Source: Candidatus Xenobia bacterium
GTDB taxonomy: Bacteria > Vulcanimicrobiota > Xenobia > Xenobiales > QWHO01
Direction: 5' to 3'
Assembly (NCBI GenBank): GCA_045863235.1
Contig: BTUM01000077.1
Span: 1-38,427 of the forward strand
Length of the DNA stretch: 38,427 nt
Below the pieces are notes generated by a model. That model was not told the DNA's origin, did not search any database, and worked only from the letters and a program-made list of their open reading frames with translations. The translations under genes and the position numbers were made by a program. Positions 17,135 to 25,126 of this stretch are shown in pieces (within the stretch, counting starts at the first letter, position 1; the number at the start of each line of letters is the position of its first letter).

Positions 17135-18569
17135 GCGCGAAGACCTTCCCCTCGTCCTGCCCGAAACCAGCCAGCCGGTCTACCTGCGCCTGGCCCAGGC
17201 CATCCGAGCCGCCCTGAGCCAGGGTCAGCTCCAGCCCGGCGAGCTGCTCCCTTCCACCCGGGGCCTGGCCCAGCGTTTCCAGTTGCATCGCCACACCGTC
17301 ATGAACGCCCTGGACGAGCTGGTGGCCGAGGGCTGGCTGCGCTCAGAGCCCGGGCGCGGCTACCGGGCCGCTGCCGTTCCGCCCAGCCGCTTTCTCGAGG
17401 TCCGGCAGGAAACGCCCACCACTGCCAAGGAGCCGGGTTTCCGGCTGGTGCGAACGGTCGCCGGGCGCGAGAGCCTGCCCGAGCTGGAGTATCGCTTCCC
17501 CAGCGGCCAGCCCGACCTGCGCCTTTTCCCCTGGAGCGAGTTCTACCGCCACGCCCGCGAAGTGCTGCGGCGGCGCAGCCCCGAGCGACTGCTGGGTTAC
17601 GGCGATCCCACCGGGCGCGCAGCCCTCAAGGAGCAGCTCTGGGCCCACCTTCGCCGGTTGCGCGGCCTCACCGAGGGCGAGCTGGTCATCACCCACGGCT
17701 CTCAGGAGGCGATCTACATCCTGGGCCAGCTGCTCGTCGAGAAGGGAGAGACGGTGGCGGTGGAGGAGCTGGGCTATCCGCCCGCCTGGCAGGCCCTGCG
17801 AGCGGCCGGGGCGCGCCTGGAGGGTTTGACTCTGGACGCTCAGGGCCTCGACCCCGAGGCCTTCCGTAAGCTGTGCCGGCGGGGCAAGGTCAGGCTGCTC
17901 TATCTGACCCCGCTGCACCAGTACCCGACCACCGTCACCCTGCCCCGGGACCGCCGTCAGGCCCTCTACGAGCTGGCCGACCGCTATGGCGTGCCCATCC
18001 TCGAGGACGATTACGATCACGAGTTTCACTACCGCTGCCAGCCCGTGGCTCCCCTCAAGGCCAGCGACCCCACGGGATTGGTGCTCTACTGCTCCACCTT
18101 CTCCAAAGTGCTCTTTCCGGCTGCCCGACTGGGCTTTGCCGTCGTGCCACCCCGGCTGGCTCGGGAGATGGGTCAGCTCAAGCGGGTGATCTCGCGCCAG
18201 AACGATCACCTCATGCAGGAGACGGTGGCCCTCTGGATGCGCACCCAGGGCTTCGAACGCCACCTGCGCCGCATGCGGCGCGTCTACCACGCTCGCATGC
18301 TGAGCATGCTGCAAGCTCTGCAGGACTACGCTCCCGCCCGCCCCGACGGGGGAATGTGCCTCTGGGTCAACCTCGGCGTCGATGCCGACGCTCTGGCCGA
18401 GGCGGCCGCCCGCCGCCAGGTGGCCGTCATGCCCGAGTCGGCCTTCCGCCTCGATCACGGGCCTTCGCGCCATCTGCGGCTTGGTTTTGCCTCCTCCTCC
18501 CCGGAGGAGATCGCCCAGGGCATGGCCAGGCTCATTTCAGCCTCCTTTGAGTGCCCCCGGCTATCCTGA
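17121..18569 (+). CDS. MocR/GabR-family regulator (GntR wHTH plus PLP-dependent aminotransferase domain)
   Basis: LPSTRGLA...HRHTV...LVAEGWL, ITHGSQEA, LTPLHQYPT, ILEDDYD and STFSKVLFPAARLG. Confidence 0.95.
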   Translation: MYRPVREDLPLVLPETSQPVYLRLAQAIRAALSQGQLQPGELLPSTRGLAQRFQLHRHTVMNALDELVAEGWLRSEPGRGYRAAAVPPSRFLEVRQETPTTAKEPGFRLVRTVAGRESLPELEYRFPSGQPDLRLFPWSEFYRHAREVLRRRSPERLLGYGDPTGRAALKEQLWAHLRRLRGLTEGELVITHGSQEAIYILGQLLVEKGETVAVEELGYPPAWQALRAAGARLEGLTLDAQGLDPEAFRKLCRRGKVRLLYLTPLHQYPTTVTLPRDRRQALYELADRYGVPILEDDYDHEFHYRCQPVAPLKASDPTGLVLYCSTFSKVLFPAARLGFAVVPPRLAREMGQLKRVISRQNDHLMQETVALWMRTQGFERHLRRMRRVYHARMLSMLQALQDYAPARPDGGMCLWVNLGVDADALAEAAARRQVAVMPESAFRLDHGPSRHLRLGFASSSPEEIAQGMARLISASFECPRLS

Positions 18570-18637
18570 TCCACAACCAGAGGTGTCCGAGGCCCCCTCC
18601 CCGAGGGGGGGCTCGATCGAGGTATGGAGGTCGGCTC

Positions 18638-19369
18638 GTGCAGGTGCAACAACTGTCCAGCCGGTCGTCGGGGCATTCGGCGGCGCCAGCGCGCGCGACC
18701 GTGAACCAGGACGTCAGTCCCGACGACCTGTTCAAACCCACGCCGCCATCACGGCCGGAGGCCCCTGAGGAGCCGGGTGGCCCGGGTTGGGGCCAAACGG
18801 CTGCCTTCAGTACTGCCGGGTTGCTGGCCGGGGGGATCGCCGGCTTCTGCACCGGGGCCAACATGGGGGGAATCTGGGGTGGTATCGTCGGGGGAGCCCT
18901 GACCCTGCTGCCCGCCGCCGCCCTGGGCGTGCTGGCGGCGATTCCCCTGTCCGAGAGCGATGCCCCCACCGTGGTTGCGGCTGGACTCCCCATCGGCATC
19001 TTTGGCGGGGGTGTCGCCATGGGGGCTTACTGGGGCGCAACCGGCAACCTGGGCGGTCCCATTGGGCTGGCGATCACGGGCGCGATTACGGGTGGAGTCT
19101 TGATCGGCATCTGGGGCTTTTTTCACTCCGAGCGGAGTCACGAGAAGAAGATGGATGCGTACTATCAGCAGATGGAAGCCTTTCGTGGCGCCGAGCAACG
19201 TTACGAGTCGGACAAAAAGGAGTACGACCGTGAGCTCAAGGCCTGGGCCCAGCGCAAAGACGAAAAGCGCTCCTCCAGCGTGATCGAGGATGCCAGGAGG
19301 CTGCTCGTCAACGGGGTTCAGCTCAAAAAGCGCCCCCCGAAGCCCCAGAAGCCGAACCCTACTCGGTAG
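18638..19369 (+). CDS. Glycine-zipper membrane protein with coiled coil and C-terminal LVNGVQLKKR motif
   Basis: GGAGG then GTG at 18638 (7-nt spacer); Ser/Pro-rich N-terminus, GxxxG segments and a charged helix. Confidence 0.75.
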   Translation: MQVQQLSSRSSGHSAAPARATVNQDVSPDDLFKPTPPSRPEAPEEPGGPGWGQTAAFSTAGLLAGGIAGFCTGANMGGIWGGIVGGALTLLPAAALGVLAAIPLSESDAPTVVAAGLPIGIFGGGVAMGAYWGATGNLGGPIGLAITGAITGGVLIGIWGFFHSERSHEKKMDAYYQQMEAFRGAEQRYESDKKEYDRELKAWAQRKDEKRSSSVIEDARRLLVNGVQLKKRPPKPQKPNPTR

Positions 19370-21008
19370 CGATGTCGCTGAACTCGATGGTGACCATGCC
19401 CTGCTCGGGGGGGGCCAGCAGGACCGTCATATCCTGCACCGGCCCGAGCGGCGAGCTCCCGAAGCGAACCGATTGGGTCCCTACCGTCAGAGTGTACTGG
19501 CCTTCCTCGGTCCAGGTCAGCTCGTAGGTGCCGTCCCGTCCCTCGATCTCGGTTTGGAGCAGAAGGTCGGAGTTGCCGCCCCCGGTGCCCAGCAGCTGCA
19601 CGCCATACTGATTGTTGGCCTGATCGTAGCGCGACAGAATGGCCAGGCTGCCCATCATGACCTGAAAATCACACGGCTGCAAGCGTCGGACCCGCAGCGA
19701 GAGGTGCCGAGGCTTGGCGTCGGCCACCCGCTCGAACCAGGCTCCCGCGGCCTCGCCCGGCTCGGCCATCATACTGCCGGTCGGGTCGAGTCGGTTGGCG
19801 GCCGCCAGCCTCCAGGCGCTCCCACTCCGGCCTGCAAACCAGTTGGGGGCATTGGCTACCACGGCAGGCGGGGGTTGCTGCAACTGGACCGGGGTATCGG
19901 TGGTGGTGCGGGGGCGGAATTGGGGCTGCAACTTGGGGGTGGGAACGGTGAGCTTGATCGGGTTCTCGATCGTACCCAGTTCCGGCGTGGCCCGCAGAGG
20001 CGTGGGGCTCTGGCTGGCGCTGGCCTGGGTCTGAGGTCTCTGCTTCATGGCCGCCAGGCTGAGCACGATAGCCAGCCCTCCCACCACCAGCACCAGAGTC
20101 ATGAAGGCAAACAGGCTGGTGGGCATAGGCCCCTCGGGTGGCTTGATCAACGCGTCGGCAGCGGCCGGGGTCAGGGTCAGGTCTTCGTAGATGCCCGTCA
20201 TCTCGCCCAGCGCCTTCTTGAGGGCGGCCTTGAGCGTCTGGATGTTGGCAAAGCGCCGATCGGGCTTCTCCTGACAACAGCGGTCGACGACCGCAGCCAG
20301 GGCCGGATGGGCCCTGGGAAACTCCTCTTGCAGCGGGGGGATCTGGAACGGCTGGGGCGCCTTGCCCGAGATCAGGTGGTGCATCGTGGCGCCCAGGCCG
20401 TACAGGTCGGAGCGAGTCTCGGGCATGCCTTTGAACTGCTCGAGCGGGGCGTAACCGAGCGTGCCCACCAGGGTCTTGGTGCCGCCTGAGCTGGAGGTGT
20501 TGCGGGCCAGGCCGAAGTCGACCAGCACCACCTCCTGGGTGTTCTCACGAACCAGGATGTTCTGGGGCTTGATATCCCGGTGGATGATGGGGGGATTTTG
20601 CTCGTGCAGGTAGCCGATCACTTCGCAGATCTTGAGGGCCAGGTCGATCACCATCTCTTGCGGCATGGGCCCGCCCAGCTCCATGAAATGGTCGAGCAAC
20701 TTGTCCAGGCTGGTGCCCTCGACGAACTCCATGACGATGTAGTTGGAGTTGTCCTCGCGGAAGGCATCCATCACCTGGGGAATGCCCGGATGGCGGAGCT
20801 TCTCGAGGGTCTGGGACTCGAGCTTGAGGCGCTCTTCCGCGAACTCGCGCGAGACCTCTTCCTCGTCGAGCACCTGCTTGACGGCGACCACCTTCTCGGA
20901 AAGACGCAGGTCGCGGGCCCGATACACCGCCCCCATGCCGCCTTTCCCCACCAGCTCGAGAATCCGATAACGGTTGTCGAGCATGGTCCCGGGCTCGTGA
21001 ATGTGCAT
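19359..21008 (-). CDS. Hanks-type Ser/Thr protein kinase with TM helix and extracellular domain
   Basis: GKGGMGAVY, VAVK, HRDIKPQN, DFG, GTLGYAPLEQ and SDLYGLG; TM LFAFMTLVLVVGGLAIVLSL. Confidence 0.95.
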   Translation of the reverse strand: MHIHEPGTMLDNRYRILELVGKGGMGAVYRARDLRLSEKVVAVKQVLDEEEVSREFAEERLKLESQTLEKLRHPGIPQVMDAFREDNSNYIVMEFVEGTSLDKLLDHFMELGGPMPQEMVIDLALKICEVIGYLHEQNPPIIHRDIKPQNILVRENTQEVVLVDFGLARNTSSSGGTKTLVGTLGYAPLEQFKGMPETRSDLYGLGATMHHLISGKAPQPFQIPPLQEEFPRAHPALAAVVDRCCQEKPDRRFANIQTLKAALKKALGEMTGIYEDLTLTPAAADALIKPPEGPMPTSLFAFMTLVLVVGGLAIVLSLAAMKQRPQTQASASQSPTPLRATPELGTIENPIKLTVPTPKLQPQFRPRTTTDTPVQLQQPPPAVVANAPNWFAGRSGSAWRLAAANRLDPTGSMMAEPGEAAGAWFERVADAKPRHLSLRVRRLQPCDFQVMMGSLAILSRYDQANNQYGVQLLGTGGGNSDLLLQTEIEGRDGTYELTWTEEGQYTLTVGTQSVRFGSSPLGPVQDMTVLLAPPEQGMVTIEFSDIATE

Positions 21009-21187
21009 CAGCAGCCTTGATTCGGTTTCAGGAGAGACTCCCCTTTCCGGGGGGGGATTTCCCCGTCAGCTCCCAGAAGATGCGCACCGTGAGGTTCTTA
21101 TGCTGGTGACAGCAGTGCTGGCACGCGAGTATCCTCGTTACACCTCGGTTCAGGGGCTCATCGAGCGGCCCTGAAGAGAGCAGGCCG

Positions 21188-22657
21188 ATGGCAGCCTATC
21201 GCTACCGCTCCACTCCTCAGCCCCGTCTGGAGGGGCCTGCGACCTGCCTGCTGGATCGAGCCTGGGTATCGCTGGGCACCGACCCGGCCTGCGATCTCGT
21301 GCTCGACCAGGGCGAGGCGTTTCACGCTCGGGTCGAGCTGACCCCCAAGGGGGCCTACCTGGTCGATCTGGACACTCCCACCGGCACCTGGCTCAACGGC
21401 CGGCGCATCTCCCGGGCTCTCTTGCGCGACGGCGATCAGCTCTGCTTCGTTCCCCCCACCACCAGGCGCGGATCCGAGTTGGGAGTGCAACTCTCCCAGG
21501 AGACGCTGCCCGAGGGAGAGGTCACAAGGGCCGGCCATCTGCAGGTGCTGCTCGAGGTCGCCACCGAGCTGAGCCGTCCCGAGCAGCTCGAGGTGCGCCT
21601 GGACCAGATCCTGCGCCTGCTGCTCGAGCTCTTGCCCTTCGACCGGGCGGCCCTGCGCATCCTCAGGCAGCCCCACCAGGGCGAGCCCGTCTTCGAACGC
21701 CAGGCGTGGCGCACGCGCTATGGTCAAGACAGCGGGGAGGAGAGCCCTCAGCTGAGCGGCACGGTGATCGGCAAGGTGCTCGGCACCCAGCAGGGCGTGC
21801 GCATTCAAGATGCGCTCTATGACTCGGAGTTTGGCAAAGCCAGCAGCGTCAAGAGCCATCAGATTCGAACCTGTCTCTGCTTCCCGCTCAAGACGGCCCA
21901 CAGCCTCCTGGGGGTGCTCTACGCCGACGCCCAGAGCCAGCTCAAAGGTTTCAACGACGAGGATATGACCTTCTTCTCCGCCTTCGCTTCGCATGCGGCC
22001 GTGGCGGTGGAGAATGCCCTTTTGTCCGAGCGCATCCAGCACGAGGCGGTGGCCCGCTCACGGCTGCAGCGCTTCTTGCCGCCCAGCACGGTGGAGGAGA
22101 TGCTGGCCCGCCCTGAGGCCGCCTCCCTGGGCGGCAGCGAGCGGGAAGTCACCATCTTGTTTTGCGACATCCGCAACTTTACCGAGCTGTCCTGCCGGAT
22201 GCCCCCGGGGGAAGTGGCCGCCCTTCTGAACGGTTACTTTCCCGATATGGTGCGCATCGTGTTCAGTCACGGGGGCACGCTGGAGAAGTACATCGGAGAT
22301 GCCTTGATGGCGGTCTGGGGCGCTCCCCTGGCCATGGAGGGGCGTGCCCAGGTGGAAAAGGCCCTGGCGGCCGCCCGGGCCATGCGGCGAACCGTCCTGC
22401 AGTCTCAGCTCCCCTTCGAGGTGGGAATCGGCATCAACACCGGCCGCGCCTTCGTGGGCAACATCGGAGACGATTCCTTCATGCAGTATGCCGCCATCGG
22501 GGCGGCCACCAACCTGGCCGCCCGTCTCTGCTCCCAGGCCGGCCCGGGCGAGATTGTGCTCAGCCAGTCGAGTCAGGCGCTGCTCGGCTGCTCGGGGGAG
22601 GCCTCCGAGGAGCTGGTCAAGGGCTTCGCCGAGCCGGTCCGGGTTTTTCGAATCTGA
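21188..22657 (+). CDS. FHA-like, GAF and class III nucleotidyl cyclase protein
   Basis: TILFCDIRNFT, EKYIGDA, GIGINTG and NLAARL; GAF segment CFPL...LGVLYAD...FNDED. Confidence 0.9.
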   Translation: MAAYRYRSTPQPRLEGPATCLLDRAWVSLGTDPACDLVLDQGEAFHARVELTPKGAYLVDLDTPTGTWLNGRRISRALLRDGDQLCFVPPTTRRGSELGVQLSQETLPEGEVTRAGHLQVLLEVATELSRPEQLEVRLDQILRLLLELLPFDRAALRILRQPHQGEPVFERQAWRTRYGQDSGEESPQLSGTVIGKVLGTQQGVRIQDALYDSEFGKASSVKSHQIRTCLCFPLKTAHSLLGVLYADAQSQLKGFNDEDMTFFSAFASHAAVAVENALLSERIQHEAVARSRLQRFLPPSTVEEMLARPEAASLGGSEREVTILFCDIRNFTELSCRMPPGEVAALLNGYFPDMVRIVFSHGGTLEKYIGDALMAVWGAPLAMEGRAQVEKALAAARAMRRTVLQSQLPFEVGIGINTGRAFVGNIGDDSFMQYAAIGAATNLAARLCSQAGPGEIVLSQSSQALLGCSGEASEELVKGFAEPVRVFRI

Positions 22658-23573
22658 CCGTGGCCCGGCGCAGCCGGTCGCGCACCGCGGTCCAGAGCTC
22701 GTCTTCTCCCTGCGGGGCCAGCACGGCGATCAGCTCCATCCCGGCGTCGTCTGCCTCTCGCAAGCCGGCGTAAAGCCGCTCGGCGTAGCCTACGGGGTCG
22801 TCTGGCATGGCCAGAAATACTTCCGCAGACGGCTCCAGCTCCTGGCAGGCGAGCAGGGCGATTCGCTCCGCACTCGCCCTTACGGCCGGCCAGTCTTCCG
22901 CCTGCACCAGCACGGCCGGAGTGTGGGGAGCGTAGTGGCGCTCGAGCTGCCCCGGCGAGGCAGCCTGAGGACCGATGGCCAGCTCCACTTCCCGGTCCAG
23001 CACCTCGGCCAGCTGGCGGGCGGTGATCAGCCCGGGCCGCAGGATGCGAGGCGGGTCCAGGGCCAGCACGGTGGACTCGATGCCGCCCCGACAGGGCCCG
23101 CCATCCAGCACCAGCACCTGGTCGGGAGGAAAGTCGACGTGGGCTGCCGTGGTGGGGGAGATCTGGCCGCTGCGGTTGGCCGAGGGGCCCACCAGGGGCC
23201 GGCCGAAGCGGCGGAGCAGCTCCAGAGTGAGAGGATGGTCGGGGCAGCGCACCGCCACCAGCTCGCCCCCGGCGGTCACCTCGGCGGGCAGCTCCGGCCG
23301 GCGCGGCAAGACGAGCGTCAGCGGGCCGGGCCAGAAGGCCCGGGCCAGGCGCTCGGCCTCCTCGGGCCAATCGGCCACCACCTGGCGCGCCATGGCCGTG
23401 TCGGCCACGTGCACGATCAGGGGGTTCGTGGCCGGTCGGCCCTTCACTTGAAACACGCTGCGCACGGCGGCGGCGTTCAGCGCGTCGGCTCCCAGGCCGT
23501 AGACGGTCTCGGTGGGGAAGGCCACCAACGAGCCGGCGGCCAGGCGGTCCACGGCCGCTGCCAGGTCGATCAC
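22617..23573 (-). CDS. sua5: L-threonylcarbamoyladenylate synthase (Sua5/TsaC with SUA5 domain)
   Basis: VAFPTETVYGLGADA, KGRPATNPLIVHV, FWPGPLTLV, PSANRSG and SPGQLERHYAP. Confidence 0.95.
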   Translation of the reverse strand: MIDLAAAVDRLAAGSLVAFPTETVYGLGADALNAAAVRSVFQVKGRPATNPLIVHVADTAMARQVVADWPEEAERLARAFWPGPLTLVLPRRPELPAEVTAGGELVAVRCPDHPLTLELLRRFGRPLVGPSANRSGQISPTTAAHVDFPPDQVLVLDGGPCRGGIESTVLALDPPRILRPGLITARQLAEVLDREVELAIGPQAASPGQLERHYAPHTPAVLVQAEDWPAVRASAERIALLACQELEPSAEVFLAMPDDPVGYAERLYAGLREADDAGMELIAVLAPQGEDELWTAVRDRLRRATVRFEKPGPARRSP

Positions 23574-24343
23574 TCTGGATGGAGAGCCCGGATGGCGTCC
23601 AGCACCGTTTCGGAGATCTGCTTGTAGTAGTCCAGCTTGGGCTCGAGACCGTCGGGCAGGGGAGCGTCCAGCAGGCTGGAGAGGTCCAGAGGCTGACCGA
23701 TGATGATGCGCACGGTCTGGAACATGCCCGGGATGAAGCGGCCAACCCCCATGACCTCGCGCATGCCCAGCATGCGTACCGGCACCACGGTGGGCCGGGC
23801 CTGGTAGATCAGCTTGCCCACCCCGGCTTTCCCCTTGCCGATCTGGCCGGTGCGGGTGCGGGTGCCCTCGGGGAAGACGACCACGATGTTGTTCTTGACC
23901 AGCTCGGCCCAGTGGTCGACCTGACCCAGGTCGCCCTTCTTGCGGTCCACCGGCACGGCCCTGAGGTGACGCAGGAAGTGTTTGCCCAGAAGGTGCAGCA
24001 CGCGGTCTTTCAGCTTGCGCGAGCCGGGCTCGCCGAAGAAGGTCTTGCGGTCCGCGAGCTGCACCGGCAGGTACTGGGGCTTGAAGAACAGCTTGGGCAC
24101 GTAGACCGCTGTCTCGAAGGCGAAGTTGTCCAGGATGGAGTTGTGGTTGAGGCAGTAGAGAACGTTCTGGTGACTGTCGGGGATGTTCTCCAGTCCTTCC
24201 ACCCGGGTGCGGTTGAGAAAACGGAACAGGAAGAACGACGCCGCGGCCGCCGCCCCGGCGGCCAGGGCGAAGGCCAGCTTGTTCTTGTGACAGCTGGTGT
24301 CGGGCGGGTGCTCGTGCTGGGGTTCGGTCTCCACGGTCTCCAC
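23570..24343 (-). CDS. plsC: 1-acyl-sn-glycerol-3-phosphate (lysophospholipid) acyltransferase
   Basis: NHNSILD (NHxxxxD) and VFPEGTRT motifs; GTGA overlap with sua5. Confidence 0.85.
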   Translation of the reverse strand: METVETEPQHEHPPDTSCHKNKLAFALAAGAAAAASFFLFRFLNRTRVEGLENIPDSHQNVLYCLNHNSILDNFAFETAVYVPKLFFKPQYLPVQLADRKTFFGEPGSRKLKDRVLHLLGKHFLRHLRAVPVDRKKGDLGQVDHWAELVKNNIVVVFPEGTRTRTGQIGKGKAGVGKLIYQARPTVVPVRMLGMREVMGVGRFIPGMFQTVRIIIGQPLDLSSLLDAPLPDGLEPKLDYYKQISETVLDAIRALHPE

Positions 24344-24371
24344 GGCCCGCCCATTCCAGGCCCGGGGGAGG

Positions 24372-25070
24372 CTATCCTCCGCAGCCGGGACGAGGTTTGA
24401 TCTGTCGCAAGTACTGTTGGGCTTTCTCGCTCAGCCCGAGGCGGGCCAGGTCGAGTTGGGGCCCGTAGCCGCCCACATAGCCGTTGGCCCGAGCCACTGC
24501 GGTGGAGAGCACGAATTCCTGCTCTTTTGGGTAGATGGCTTTGAACTCGCGGTAGAGGGCCTGGGTGTTGCGCAGGTAGTACTTCTGGTGGTAGTCCTCG
24601 GCCAGCGTGAAGGTGCCCAGCGGCTCGATCGCGGTGTGGATTTTGCCGCGCTTTTGCTCCTCTTGCTCCCGGGTCTTCAGTGCCAGCTCCCGCTGGGCCT
24701 CGTCTTGCCACAGGATGGCCGAGCGGTACTGGCGTGCGTAGGCTGGCCGGGTGGGGTGAGTACCCTCCCAGAACAGGGCCAGCAGGTCGGCATAGCTGAT
24801 CTTCGCCGGATCGTAGCTGATGCGGATGCTCTCGGAATGATCGAAAAGGTCGTCGTAGGTCGGGTTGGCGGCCCGGCCGCCGGCATAGCCCACCTCGGTG
24901 CGAACCACTCCGGGGAGACTCCCGAACCGGGAGTCGGGGCCCCAGAATCAGCCCATGGAGAAGACGGCCACCTCGATTCGGGAGGGCTTTTCCAGGTCCA
25001 GCGCCGGCCGCGGGGTGTGACCCCCGGCCTCTAAGAACAGGATCGATAGCAGCACGATGATCCACCTCAT
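24372..25070 (-). CDS. msrA: Selenocysteine-containing peptide methionine sulfoxide reductase A with signal peptide (232 aa, U41)
   Basis: Frame from ATG 25070 reads MRWIIVLLSILFLEAGG...AVFSMG-TGA-FWGPDSRFG...VGYAGG...HSE...AEDYHQKY. TGA (24948-24950) occupies the Cys position of GCFWG. Confidence 0.9.
24909..24947 (-). promoter_or_regulatory. Bacterial SECIS-like hairpin
   Basis: mRNA after UGA: U UCUGGGG CCCC GACUCCCG GUU CGGGAGUC U CCCCGGA. Lower 7-bp stem, perfect 8-bp upper stem, and a G-initiated apical loop about 20 nt from UGA. Confidence 0.75.
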
Positions 25071-25126
25071 ATCCGGTGCAACGGTCCTCCGAGGGAAAAA
25101 GTTCCCGCCTGAGAGAAGTTGGCGCG

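Noticed and set aside
18593..18609. CCCCCTC/GAGGGGG hairpin after the MocR gene
   Set aside because: No U-tract and low complexity; cannot be supported as a terminator.
21049..21056. G8 tract in the kinase/cyclase divergent region as a phase-variation site
   Set aside because: Short for slippage in a GC-rich genome, and no promoter could be located around it.
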